The translations under genes and the position numbers were made by a program. Below the pieces are notes generated by a model. The model did not search any database and had not been told where the DNA came from. It saw nothing but the letters and a program-made list of their open reading frames with translations. From NCBI RefSeq assembly GCF_009914755.1, contig NC_060948.1: a DNA stretch of 64,000 nucleotides; one strand, given 5' to 3'. The stretch is from the human T2T-CHM13v2.0 reference genome, Homo sapiens. The first letter of the stretch is position 1. Every line of letters starts with the position of its first letter. Positions 30,296 through 43,341 of the stretch are shown here, one piece after another.

Positions 30296-30461
30296 TCCAC
30301 AACTCATAGAGCTCTCTCACTCATCATACACAGCATTTGTGTGACCATTTTTATTGTTTCTCAAAATTATGACCTGATTGTCTCAATTGTTTTGATAAAA
30401 TTGACGTTGTGAATGTCTCCAAGAGTCTTAGGTTCATTTCCCACCTTAGAAACAAAATAAA

Positions 30462-30772
30462 GGCCAGGTGCAGTGGCTCACACCTGTAATCCCAGAACTT
30501 TGGGAGGCCGAGACAGGCCAGTCACTTGAGGTCAGGAGTTTGTGACCAGCTTGGCCAACATAGTGAAACCCTGTCGCTACAAAAAAAATACAAAAATTAG
30601 CTGGGTCTGGTGTCCCATGACTATAATCTCAGCTACTTAGGAGGCCAAGGCAGGAGAATCACTTGAACCTGGAAGACAGAGGCTGCAGCGGGCTGAGATC
30701 TCACCACTGTACTCCAGCCGGGATGATAGAGTGAGGCTCTGTCTCAAAAACAAACACAAAAACAAAAAACAA
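30462..30772 (+). mobile_element. AluS
   Basis: Dimeric Alu; TSD aaacaaaataa. Confidence 0.92.
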
Positions 30773-31878
30773 AATAAGGTGAGTCCCTATCCATTTCATT
30801 TTGAAGAATTTTCTACATTTCTTATTTTAATTTTGCATGACCACAAACACATCTAATTCAGGTTTGTACTTGAATGTGTGTTGATGGAAGAATTAAAAAA
30901 TAGCACTTAGCAAATTTCACAAAGCCCACACATGTTACACAGCTATGTAGGTTAATCAAACTTCCTTAAAAATTTCAAACTAATTATATGTATCTACCCT
31001 CTTTTTGCACACCAAAGAACATGCTTCCAGGAAAGCCATGCAACCCAATTTCAGATATTATTGTCAGTGCTGAAATTGATCTAATTTCTTCCAGGATGAA
31101 AGAAGTCCACTGCATGTGCCTTGGTCCTACAGTTAAATCTGCATGGCCATTTCCATACCAATTGGTTGGGCATATCTTCTGACCACAAAGGATGGTTAGG
31201 ATCTGGGAATAATTGACTCAATCCACTGTGGATCTCCAGATTGAGTTATTTAATGCATAAAGCAACACCTTCTGCAACCTACCAACTCAGGTGTATATTT
31301 ATCAACTACGTGTATGCATGGTCTCTATGTTACAGAGTTGAGTTAGACATAGCTTTACTAGTTGTGGAAACATTATTCACAAAGGAAGACTTTCAATATG
31401 GTTGCATTGAAAATTCAGGGACTTTGGAAAAATCACGTACTCTCCAATTTTATTCCTGTCTAAATGTCACTTAAATGAAGACAGAGCCATTGAGCAACCC
31501 CTCACAAGGGAAAGTAATCTCATTTTTGCACTGAATAACTATTGGATGCTTGCTGGGCTCAAAAAGTGTTTGATCCTCAAAGAATTCTGATGTTATAACT
31601 TTGAATATTCATGCTCTTTTACTAGGTTGTTAGTACATAAAATAAAGTAGTATTTTACCCAAAACCTGTGTTCAAAGATTTTGTTATCTTTTTTAATGCA
31701 AGAAAACACACGCATACATACACACATACTTACCTAATACATACACACACACATATATATATATACACATACACATATATATATACACATACCTATATGT
31801 GTACGCAAATATACATATGTGTGTTTGCATTTAGGCACTTATGTGTATTTTTTTCTTGCGTTAAAAAGGGATAGCATA

Positions 31879-32187
31879 GGCCAGGCGCTGTGGCTCACTT
31901 CTGTAATCCCAGCACTTTGGGAGGCCGAGGAGGGCAAATCACGAGGTCAGGAGATTGAGACCATCCTGGATAACACAGTGAAACGCTGTCTCTACTAAAA
32001 AAAAATTCAAAAAAATTAGCTGGGCGTGGTGGTGGGTGCCTGTAGTCCCAGCTACTCAGGAGGCTGAGGCAGGAGAATGGCATGAACCCAGGAGGAGGAG
32101 CTTGCAGTGAGCGGAGATCGAGCAACTGCACTCCAGCCTGGGTGACTGAGCAAGTCTCTGTCTCAAAAAAAAAAAAAAAAAAAAAAA
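31879..32187 (+). mobile_element. AluY-like
   Basis: gagattgagaccatcctgg, gaatggcatgaacc; TSD ggatagcata. Confidence 0.93.
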
Positions 32188-32256
32188 GGATAGCATATAT
32201 ATTGGTAAATTGGCAAAGAGCAATCTAAATACAGAATGAAAAATATAAAATGAAGA

Positions 32257-34088
32257 TAAATCACAAGAATTCCTATACAGCAATAATAGGCAAACAGTGA
32301 GCTAAATCATGAGTGAACTCCCATTCACAATTACTACAAAAAGAATAAAAAATAAAAAATAAAAAAAGAATAAAATACCTAGGAATCCAACTTACAAGGA
32401 ATTTGAAGGACCTCTTTAAGGAGAAGTACAAACCGCTGCTCAATAAAATAAAAGAGGGCACAAACAAATGGAAGAACATTCCATGCTCATGGATAGGAAG
32501 AATCAATATCATGAAAATAGCCATATTTATAGATTCAATGCCATCCCCATCAAGCTACCAACGACTTTCTTCAGGGAATTGGAAAAAACTACTTCAAAGT
32601 TCATATGGAGCCAAAAAAGAGCCCTCATAGCCAAGACAATCCTAAGCAAAAAGAACAAAGCTGTAGGCATCATACTACCTGACTTCAAACTACTCTACAA
32701 GGCTACAGCAACCAAAACAGCCTGGTACTGGTACCCAAACAGATGTATAGACCAATGGAATAGAACAGAGGCCTCAGAAATAACACCATACATCTACAAC
32801 CATCTGATCTTTGACAAACCTGACAAAAACAAGAAATGGGGAATGGATTCCCTATTTAATAAATGGTGCTGGGAAAACTGGCTAGCAATATGTAGAAAGC
32901 TGAAACTGGATCCCTTCCATACACCATACACAAAAATTAACTCAAGATGGATTAAAGACTTAAATGTAAGACCTAATACCATAAAAACCCTAGAAGAAAA
33001 CCTAGGCAATACCATTCAGGACATAGGTATAGGCAAAGACTTGATGAATAAAACACAAAAGCAATGGCAACAAAAGCCAAACCAGACAAATGGGATCTAA
33101 TTAAACTAAAGAACTTCCATACAGCAAAAGAAACTATCATTGGAGTGAACAGGCAACCTAGAGAATAGCAGAAATTTTTTGCAATCTACCCATCAGACAA
33201 AGGGCTAATATCCAGACTCTACAGAGAACTTAAACAAATTTACAAGAAAAAAGCAAACAACCCCATCAAAAAGTGGCAAAGGATATGAACAGACACCTCT
33301 CAAAAGATGATATTTATTCAGCCAACAGACACATGAAAAAAGGCTCATCATCACTGGTCATCAGAGAAATGCAAGTCAAAACCACAATGAGATACATTCT
33401 CATGCCAGTTAGAATAGTGGTCATTAAAAAGTCAGGAAACAACAGATGCTGGAGAGGATGTGGAAAAATAGGAATGCTTTTGCACTGTTGGTGGGAGTGT
33501 AAACTAGTTCAACCATTGTGGAAGACAGTGTGGTGATTCCTCAAGGATCTAGAATTAGAAATACCATTTGACCCAATGAGCTCATTACTGGGTATATACC
33601 TAAAGGATTATAAATCATGCAGCACTATTCACAATAGCAAAGTTTTGGAACCAACCTGAATATACATCCAGGATAGACTGGATTAAGAAAATATGGCATA
33701 TACACACCATGGAATACTATGCAGCCATAAAAAAGGATGAGTTCATGTCCTTTGCAGGAACATGGATGAAGATGGGAACCATTATTCTAAGCAAGCTATC
33801 ACAAGGACAGAGCACCAAATACTGCATGTTCTCACTCACAGATGGGAGTTGAACAATGAAAGCACATGGACACAAGGTGGGGAACTTCACACACCGGGGC
33901 CTGTCAGGGTATGGGAAGCTGGGGAAGGGATAGATAATTTCTAATTATATTTACATTGGGAGAAATACATAATGTAAATGACAAGATGATGGGTGCGGCA
34001 AACCAACATGGCACATGTATACCTATATAACAAACCTGCACATTGTGCACTTTTACCCTAGAACTTAAAGTATAATTATAATAAAAAA
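32257..34088 (+). mobile_element. 5'-truncated L1PA (about L1PA6/7), ORF2 3' third
   Basis: ORF 32468-33100 ([11 protein letters not shown]...[18 protein letters not shown]), 3'UTR and A-tail. Confidence 0.96.
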
Positions 34089-35180
34089 GGAAAATAAGTT
34101 CTTAGGTTGTCTGCTAAGGGGTGAGCACAGAGTTTATTCTATCAGTTCAACTAATAGTCAACTAATAGCTATTACTAATGCTGAGTGGGTTGAGGCATCT
34201 CTTCCTTTCACCTGCTTTCCAATGAAGTCTGTGGTGTTCTTTATAATTGGCTAGCCACATGGAGGTCTATGGCCTATAAAGGGATCAATGATAATGTCCT
34301 TAGAACTAGGCTATTATCCCAGACTGCCTAGACACCAATTCTTCCAGTGTCTCAAAATGAAAATGAGCACATGCTTGTAATATTCTCTGCTTTGGAACCT
34401 AAAAGTTGGCTTTTGATATGGATTTTTTTAATGAAAAACTTCAGCCAAACAACTTGTAGGTTACATGTCACTTTGTAAACAAGTGTGCTAGGTGGAAGAG
34501 CTGGAATTAAACAGATTCAATCCTTTATCTATGGGACATCTCAGAATTTTATAAATTCAGCTATGTCTGAGGAAACCATCAAAGCATAAACTAGAGCATT
34601 GAACACAATCAGGGATGGGTCAAATGTATAAACTCTTTGATTTTGGGAAATAGCTCTATATAGCCCTCATATTATGAAGGCAAACTGTATCTAATTTGGC
34701 CAAAAGTAAGTGAAAGAGCTCTCATGCTCTGATGGATGATGTAAAAGATGGCTGATGTGGAATGTGTGCAAACATCTTAAGTTCTTGGTGCTCTTCCCAA
34801 CATTGTCTTCTGAGTTATGTTTAGTCTGAGACATATGATTAAACTGTTACTTTGCCTGTATACTTCTCTGTCTTGGACATATGTACCCCCAGGTGCTCTA
34901 AATATGCCCAGGACAGGTGGGGAGGCCAACAACTATCTGCATTCTGCTGCCAGATTAATCTTATGAAAATACCACTTTGATCAACTTAAGGTAGGAAAAG
35001 CCCTTAATCACCCTCCTGCACCAACAGGAAGAAATAAACACTACACAATCCATCATTTAAAGCCCACGGTACTAAGGCTTCAATACCTCTTTTAAATTAT
35101 CCTCCATTTCTTTCCAAACAAATATTTCCCCAGGAAAGTTGCCTATCATTGTTTATAAAGACTGCCTCTTAACTAGACTT

Positions 35181-35442
35181 GGACTTGAGAAAGAGACAAG
35201 CTAAGTGAAATCAACATCTCCTTATAGGAATGCATGAACTGAATGGGCTTTTATATTCTTATAAGATTTCCCCCCCTTTTTCCCCTAAAGTTTCAATGAA
35301 TGGAAGTGAACTCCTGTGACTATCTTACCACAGCACGGAAGAATTTAATACAAAGGTTACTTGTGTTGGCTTCTCTTCAAGAGGGTTTATTGTTGAAATG
35401 TCAAAACAATTTCCTATAAGATTATTTCAGCTGGAAGTCAAG
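35181..35442 (+). repeat. Local duplication B, copy 2
   Basis: See copy 1. Confidence 0.88.
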
Positions 35443-35707
35443 CCTTTGATGATACAATCACATTGTTGTACCTATCCAGAAGTCTCATGGCTGGGATGAG
35501 GCAAGCAGTGAGGAAGTCATGTAAAGAATCAGGGATTGTCAGTACAGTTCAGAAACAGAGAGACTCTGGAGAGCCAGAGAACATGAGTAGGAAGCTTGTA
35601 CCTATGGTTGTGAGGTCTGCAGTTGCTAACAGTCCTGAAGACAAAACCAGAGCCCACCCGTATTTTAGAACAGGAGCATCATTCATCATCAAAATATCTT
35701 CAGGTGG

Positions 35708-36110
35708 GGGCTAAAGTAACCCCACCTTGAATGCTAATCCACCATGTTGACTTCTGATTGACCCTAGTTCTGGGCAGGCCTCTAAGATTTCTATTCTATC
35801 TACTGTTCCTTGTGTTAAGAGAATGTCCTTGCCATAAATCCTGCCCACAAAACAATCATCCTATACACCCCTTACCCCATGGTATATAAGCCCTGGGTTA
35901 TTTGGCAGTAATGGTATAGAAATCCACTTGACCTGTCTGCCACACAAGACACAAACATGGGTTCTGTTTCTAAGTACCAATTAAGTGTTTTTTTGTTTGT
36001 TTGTTTGTTTTTCTAAGAAACTAGATGTGTCAGCTTATTTCTTTGGCATCTCAGCTTTCTTGGGCTTTTGGGGATAGGTTTGCACAGACTTGCCCATTAT
36101 GGATGAGGTG
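35708..36110 (+). mobile_element. ERV solo LTR (LTR47-like)
   Basis: gggggctaaagtaaccccaccttgaatgctaatccaccatgttgacttctgatt; TATA-like ggtatataagccc; family name recalled, not verified. Confidence 0.6.
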
Positions 36111-37129
36111 TTTGGGAACACCTCATCCCAAAATTCAAGCCAGGAGGACAAAAGGTGAAGACAGTATCAGAGATGCAAAACCCAACCACCAAACCAATAG
36201 TCTAGTCCACCAAGAGATATCCCATTAACCCACAAACCCAGAAAGGTTTAGGTAAGACATTTGGGCTGAGAGGTGAGTGTCTCATGTTAAGGTCAACTAT
36301 GTGTAATGGCACATCTGCAGAATAATGCCAGTCAAAGTGTGCACTGCCTTCTGCTCTGAAGTCCATACAGTCAGGGGACATTACATCCATTCTCTCCGTC
36401 CAATGTGAGCTGAGTTCCTCCATGATCTAACCCTATCACATCACCTTCATCTTCTTGTCTGATTGTCTGATTGTTATGAACAATCAGAACAAGCCTCATG
36501 AAGTTAATCATGGTCTATGTAGCAGCAATAGCCCCAAGCCCCAACCTCCTCCAGACCCTCCAAAACACCTAGGATGGAGACCATGAATTCTCATTAACTT
36601 ATTCCAGCAAATTCAAGATATTCCAATGGACATGCCCATCTTGAACACATGGGCAAATGAACACTGTTAGATCCTGGAGTTGTTTAGCATAAAATACAGA
36701 AAATTTGCCTTTACCTAGGAGATAGAACTTTGAAAATAAAAGGAGCTCTGAAGATGAACCAGGATTCATTCCATCATTTCTCCAAATGAGGACTCTAACA
36801 CCAACAGGGTTAACAAGTGAGTCTTGGTGATATTGCTTGATCAGAGACAAGCCAGGAGAAATTCTCCAGAAATCCTGTCAGCTCCTAAACAGCTCTTGGA
36901 GATCCAACTCTATTACACTATAGGACTGGTATTTCTTGAGGGCTGTTAGGGGGAAAGCCGATGTAACTGTTGTGGCTAACAAGCATGACTCATTGGGTGT
37001 AATCACAAAGCAATTTTATTTTGTCTCTTACTAGCTCTTTCATATATATTCACTGGGGCTTAGAGAGTAGGGAGAGTTTTGTTGGCCTCTGGAGGAAATG
37101 ACAGCCAGCCCCATAACTTTTCTTTAAGC

Positions 37130-37905
37130 ACATGCTCTCTTTCTCCCTCCCTCTTTCCTTCCTTCCCTCTCTTTCCTTTTCTCCTCTCTTTCTCCATCCC
37201 TTCCTTCCTCTGTTTATCCATTTGTTCCTCTCTGTATGGCTCTCTGTCCTTCTTTCTCTTTCTCCCTTACCCTCTTCTCTTTCTCTCTTTTACTTTCTCC
37301 TCCTCCTACTCCTTCTATCTCTCTGTCTTTCTCCTTCCTCCATTCGTATATCTCTAACTATCTCATCTCTCTCTCCCAGTCTGCACTCCCTCTCCCTTAT
37401 CTCTTCTCTCTTTCTCCATTTCTCCTTTCTATTTACCATTCCTTCCTCTTTCTCTCTCACCGTCTTTCCCTCTCTTTCTCTTCCTTACTTCTCTTTCTCC
37501 CCTCTGCTTCCTATTTTTCTTTCTTTCTCTCTCCTTCTCCTCCTTCTTTTTCTCCCCTTCCCTCCCCTCTCTCTTTCTTTGTTTGGTCCTTTTTATATTT
37601 TTCCATTTCCCCCCTTCTTATTCTCTCCTTTCCTCTCTCTTTCTTCCTCTTTTTCTCTCTTTCTGACTCTGCCTCACTCTTCCTCCCTCCTTTCATTTTT
37701 TCCTTTCTCCTTTCCTTTCCTTTTCTTCCCTTTCTCTCTCCTTCCCTCCCTTCCTTTCTTCCTTCCTTCCCTTCTTCCTTCCTTCCTCTCTCTTCTTTCA
37801 TCCCTCTGTCTTTCTCCTTTCTTCTCTCTTCCTTCCTTTCCTTGTCTCCCTCTCTCTTCCTCCATTCTTCTCTCTCCCCTTCCCTTAATTTTTTCCCTCC
37901 CTCCA
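37130..37905. repeat. About 780-bp polypyrimidine tract
   Basis: Almost only C/T on the plus strand. Confidence 0.95.
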
Positions 37906-38519
37906 TACAAAAGGTGTGTGTCCTATCAGCATCTTCCACATCCACTTGGGAATCATTAAGTCAGAGGAGGATATTAAGAGAAGGCAACTTTGAGCTTCTT
38001 TTCATTCCACCCAGTGGCATAGGCCCAAGTGCAGGAGGAGAGGAAACCTGCTTGGCTCATGTGACGAGCTCTTTCTAGTGTAACTGTAGCAATGATAGAT
38101 AGAAGTCCTTATTTCTCCCCAAGCCCCCTGTAGACATTGCAGCAGGTTCCTAACCCAGTGGGAAGGGACATGCATGACTTACTCTTCAAAGGCTTCAAAG
38201 TCATCATCTAGGAGACCCTGAGAAGGATGGGCTGAGAAACAATGAACTCTGAGCTGTTATGCAATATCAGGGTTGCTTATGTAGCCCTATGGAGGCTGCA
38301 CAAATTTCTGGCTACATTCGCCTGTGACCTTGCAGTTTTTGTCATCTTATGCTATGACTGGGGGTTGCAGCTGCTGGATGTAAGTACAGCCAAAAATACC
38401 AACATTGACACTCACAGGCCGCTGAGGACCTTAAACCATAACATCTCTGGCTGCTGGTGTAGGTATTGTGCCTTATCAAGGAAGGGGCATCATTTCAGTG
38501 GCCTGAACAGAAGTTCAAC

Positions 38520-38860
38520 TAAGTTTCAATGGGCTAAAATAAGGGTCTCTGCAAGAATGGTTCTTCTGGATGCTCCACGAATGAATCTATTTTCTTGCTT
38601 TTTCCAGCTTCTAGAGGTTGCTGTATTCCTTGGCTTGTGGTGCCTTCTTCCTTCTTCCACCATGCCAACTTCTACTCTCCTTGTCACATCTCCTTTTTCT
38701 CTTTCTCTGAATCCAAGTCTTCCTTCTATAAGAAGCATTGAGAATACATTGAACCCACCCAAACAATCCAGAATAATCTCCCCATCTCAAGATTTTTAAC
38801 TTGATCCCATCTGCAAAGTCAGCTTTACCACATAAATCAACATATTCATTGGACATGGAC
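38520..38860 (-). mobile_element. MLT1 LTR fragment
   Basis: ttccagcttctagaggttgctgtattccttggcttgtgg...ataatctccccatctcaag. Confidence 0.82.
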
Positions 38861-39236
38861 ACCTTTGGGGCCATTATCCTGTCTACCACATGAGGATTAA
38901 GATATGGACATCTCTGGGGCCATTATTCTGTCTATTACATGGGGATTAGGATGCAGACATCTTTGGAGACATTATTTTGTCCACCACATGCAGATTAGAA
39001 TGTGGACATCTTTGGGACCATTAGTCTGTCTACCACATGGGGATTAGAATGAGGACATCTCTGGAGGCATTATTCTGTCTCCGACATAAGGATTAGGATA
39101 TAGACATCTTTGGGCACAATATTCTGTCTATATGGGGATTAGAATGTGGACATTTTGGGGGCCATTTTTTTTTCTGTCTACTGCACAGGGATTAAGACAT
39201 GGACATTTTGGGGTGGCCATTATTCATCTGACCACA
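38851..39236. repeat. About 49-bp minisatellite (8 units) derived from the MLT1 terminus
   Basis: Unit approximately ggggattaggatgtggacatctttggggccattattctgtctaccacat. Confidence 0.93.
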
Positions 39237-39509
39237 ATGGGAGAGTTTTCCTGCTGAGTTAGTATTCATTCCTGCATTGCAGTGAGGCTAAGACCAAGGA
39301 GATTTTTCTCTTCTAAAAATATGACCTGAAGACATCCAACTCTTTTTCCTGAGGAGCAATCTCAGATGCACCTTCAAGGAGAGCCCCAATTCCTCTCAAG
39401 CACTGATGGAGACTGCCCTAGGTGAAGGTGAAGAAAATTTGACATAGGGGAGAAAAAGAATGTCTTAATATCTGTGGTTTTTAACAAAGACAGGGTACAC
39501 ATTTTCTCT

Positions 39510-40120
39510 TTGTTTTTCTAACTTTAGATGAATATTAATGGGATAAAAGTGCAACTTTTTTACATGCATAGATTGCATAATGATCAAGGCAGGGTTTTTA
39601 GTAATCCATTTCATTGTACCCATTAACTAATTTTTCATAATTCTCCTCCCACCTCCTTACGCTTTTGAGTCTCCATCATCTCATTCCATTCTTTTCATCC
39701 ACATATAACATATTTTAACTTCCACTTATGAGTGAGAACATGTGACATTTGTCTTTCTGGGTCTGGCTTTGTCCACTTAGGATAATGGCCTCCAGTTCCA
39801 TCCAAGTAGCTACAAAAGACATAGCTTTATTTTTCTCACGGTGGAATAGTATTCCATTTTGTGTACATGTACCATATTTACTGTATCCAATCTGCCATTG
39901 ATAGACACTTCCATTGATTCCGTATCTTTGTTATTGTGAATGGTACTGCAATAAACATACAAGCACAGGTATCTTTTTGATACAATGATTTATTTTCCTT
40001 TGGGTAGATACCCAGTCGTGGGATTGCTGGATGGAATAGTACTTTTATTTTCAGTTCTTTGAGAAATCTCCATATTGTGTTCCATAGAGGTTGTACTAAC
40101 TTACATTCACACCAGCAAAG
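39510..40120 (-). mobile_element. L1MA/PB 3' end
   Basis: ccacttatgagtgagaacatg...gggtagatacccagtcgtgggattgctgg. Confidence 0.88.
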
Positions 40121-40599
40121 GATACCCATTTTAGATGCTTAATATCCTCAGAAACTTGTTAACAAAAGGACATTCACAACCATCAAATTTGAGTATTATT
40201 CCATGACTGGATTCATGTTATCAGCAGCATTTATGCCAATATTTGGGCCTATGATCAACCTCTGATGAGTTATATCAAACTATGTTGGGATGTAACTGAT
40301 GAAGAAAATAGGATGAAAGATTAATGCTCAGCCCAGGAAGCAGTTTAGCCATGGGGTTGATTGAATTCACCATTGTGAGAGCTGCAGGTGAACTGCCCAC
40401 CTCCAGCTATAGAGAAACATAAAATGAAGATACTATTACAATTGGGAATAATTGCGCCATTGTGGTGATTTTGTCTCCTCTTCTGAGGGACCACTTGATA
40501 CCTTGTTTTACTCCTTAGGTCTCTCCTTGCCTTACCTGGACCTGTTCACTTCTGTAGACCTGGAGGTAAAGAATTTAACCTTGTTCAAGGAGAGGTGTG

Positions 40600-41640
40600 G
40601 GCTTTGGCCTTGGCTGGAATTTAACCTTGCTCAGAGAGAGGTCTGGGCTTTTGCATTGGCTCTAGAACTTGACATCTAAGCCTTTGGAATGGGTGCCAAA
40701 CAAAGACAGGAGTGTATTTGTTTCTGTAGGGGTGTTGGTTCACACTGGGCAGTCTAACAATGTGATTTGGAGTGAGGGTAGCCACATCCATTAGTAACAA
40801 TGGGATTCAGGTTCCATGGTATTGGTAGACCTTCAGTGAGGCTGGAGAATGATCAGCCACATAGACAATTAGTCAATCACAATGAAGCCTCTGTAAACAC
40901 TGAACCCCAAGGCTCAGGTGATATGCCCGGTGATATAGTTTGGATATGCTTCAAATCTCATGTTGAAATGTGATTCCCGAGGTTGGCAGTGGGACATGGT
41001 TGGAGGTGATTGGATCCTGCGGGTGGATTTTTCAGGAACGGTTTAGCACTATTCCCCTTGGTACTGTCCTTGTGATAGTGAGTGTGTCCTCATGAGATCT
41101 GGTCATTTAAAAGTGTCTAGCCCCTCCTCATTCTCTCATTCCTGCTTCCACCATGTGAGACAACTGCTCCCCCTTCACCCCTACCATGACTGAAAGCCTC
41201 CTGAGAAGCAGATGCTGGCATCCTGCTTCCTGTACAGCCTGCAGAATTGTGAGCAATTAAACCTCTTTTCTTTATAAATTACCCAGACTCCATTTATTCT
41301 TTATAACAAGGCAGGAATAGACTACTACACCCAAGTTGGCAATACTTCATGCATGTTGTCATATATTGATGCCTAGAAACCAACACTTCTCTGACTCCAA
41401 GGGGAGAGGATAATAGAAGCTCTGTTTGGTACTTGGCTTGGACCTCTATCCCATGCACCTCTTTCATTTGCTGACTGTGATCTGTCATCCTCTCACTGTA
41501 ATAAACCACAAATGTGAGTGTAACAGCTTCCAGTGAGTTCTGTCAGTCCTTCTAGGGAACTGTCAAACTTGAGGGTAGTTTTGGGAACTCCTCTCAACCT
41601 GCAACTGGTGTCCAAAGTGAGAGTGGTCTTGTGGAAGAGC
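40600..41640 (+). mobile_element. ERVL-type LTR (MER21/MER68/MER77-like) split by MST
   Basis: aaggctcaggtg...gttggcaatact...gtaataaacc...gagttctgtcagtccttctag. Confidence 0.6.
40931..41329 (+). mobile_element. MSTB-type LTR
   Basis: tgatatagtttggatatg...gactactaca; TSD cccgg/cccaa. Confidence 0.88.
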
Positions 41641-41745
41641 CCCCTCCTCTGAGAGCTCACTTTCTTGCTTGTTTTACTGGCCTTATGATATCTCTCTGCC
41701 TTGGCTGACCCAAGTAGTGTGTTAGTCCTTCAGAAGGACAGCCGT

Positions 41746-42040
41746 CTAGGGAAGGTGGTTCACACCTATAATCCCAGCATTTTGGAAGGCCAAAGTGGGA
41801 GGATCACCAGAGCTCAGGAGTTCGAGACCATCCTGAGCAATATAGTGAAACCCTGTCTCTACAAAAATAAAAATAAAAATATTAGCCAGGCATGATTGCA
41901 CACACCTGTAGTCCCAGTTACTTGGGAGGCTGAGGTGGAAGGATCACTTGAGCCCATGAGTTTGAGTCTGCAGTGACCTATGATTACACCACTGTACTCC
42001 AGCCTGGGTGACAACAGAGTGAAACCATCTCTAAGACATA
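41746..42040 (+). mobile_element. AluJ
   Basis: ggaggatcacttgagccc-type AluJ diagnostics. Confidence 0.9.
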
Positions 42041-42499
42041 AAGAAAGAACTAAAAGAGAAAAGAAAAGAAGGAAGGCAGGAAGGAAGGAAGAAAGGAAGG
42101 AAGGAAGGAGTGAGGGAGGGAGGGAGGGAGGGAAAAAAGAAAGAAGGGAGAGAGAGGGAGAAAGAGAAGGAAGGAGAGTAGGAAAAAGGAAGGAAGGAAT
42201 GAAGAGAGGAAAGAAGAGAAAGAAGAAAGAATGAAGGAAGATAAAAAGACAGAAAGAAGGGAGAGAGGGAGGGAGGGAAGGAAAGTACAAAAAAGAAGGA
42301 AGAAAGAAGGAAGGAAGGAAGGAAAAAAGAGAAAAAGAAAGACAGAAAGAAAGAGAGAAAGAAAGGAGAGAGGAAGGAAGGAAGGAAGGAAGGAAGGAAG
42401 GAAGGAAGACAGAGAAAAAAAGAAAGAAACAAACAAACAAAGAGAAAGAAAAAAGAGAGAAAGAAAGAGAGAAAGAAAGAAAGGAAAAGAAAGAAAGAG

Positions 42500-42546
<47 letters not shown>

Positions 42547-42612
42547 GAAAGAAAGAAGGAAGGAAAGGAAGGAAGGAAGGAAAGGAAGGAAGGAAGGAAA
42601 GAAAGAAAGAGG
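42041..42612. repeat. About 570-bp polypurine complex STR grown from the Alu tail, including (GAAA)11 at 42501-42544
   Basis: (GGAA)n, (GAAA)n and (GGGA)n blocks. Confidence 0.95.
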
Positions 42613-42703
42613 GGGAACAGAGAAGTCCATCATGGTGTGTTTGCAAGCCCTTTGCTTTTCTACCTGCCCTGTCTGTCTTTAATGAAATAACTCTTTTGGT
42701 CAG

Positions 42704-42805
42704 GATCTGAGCCATGAGTATGCTGCAGTTAGCTAAACCAAGACTTCCCTTCCACATTGTGCTGGCAGCGATCCCACAGACGACTGTGGGGCCCAAGAAA
42801 GACAG
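42704..42805 (+). other. Candidate isolated 102-bp exon (unverified)
   Basis: ctcttttggtcag|GATCTG...AAAGACAG|gtgagt in non-repeat DNA; no homology recognised. Confidence 0.25.
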
Positions 42806-43341
42806 GTGAGTTAATATCACTCTCTATCCTTACCAGGAACCAGGGCCTGATACAGGCATCAGCTCTGGAGGTTCAGGCAGAATACTTTGCCAAGAGAAAT
42901 CACACCTAGAATTTGGCCTGGAAAACCTCTATACTTGTTTCTGACTCTTTGAATGTTATCATGAAAATATTTTCTAGCCATATTCCAACAATAGAATATT
43001 ATCCAGCCTTAAAAAAGAAAGAAGCTTTGACACACACTGCAGTGTGGATGAACCTTGAAAACACTAAGCTCAGTGAAAGAAACTCTTCACCAAGGACCAC
43101 ATATGGTATGATTCCATTGATAGGAAATGTTCAGAATAAGCAAATCCATAGACAGAAAGCAGATTAGTAGTTGCCAAGGGATGTGGGATCAGGAGTAATT
43201 GGAGAAATTGCAAGGATAGCTAAAGAGTGTGGAATTTCTTGTTGAATTGATGAGAATGTTCTAAAGTTGATTGTGGTGATTGCTGCACAGCTATGAACGT
43301 CCTAAAAATGATTGCTTTGTATACTTTAAATGGGAGAACTG

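Noticed and set aside
37079-38078. ORFs of 275 and 280 aa
   Set aside because: Same polypyrimidine artefact
38242-38799. 185-aa ORF
   Set aside because: Second half lies in an MLT1 LTR; no recognisable domain
38851-39236. CRISPR-like array
   Set aside because: Units are contiguous with no unique spacers, derive from an LTR end, there are no cas genes, and the DNA is primate
41859-42820. ORFs of 159-256 aa
   Set aside because: Translations of the purine STR and an Alu
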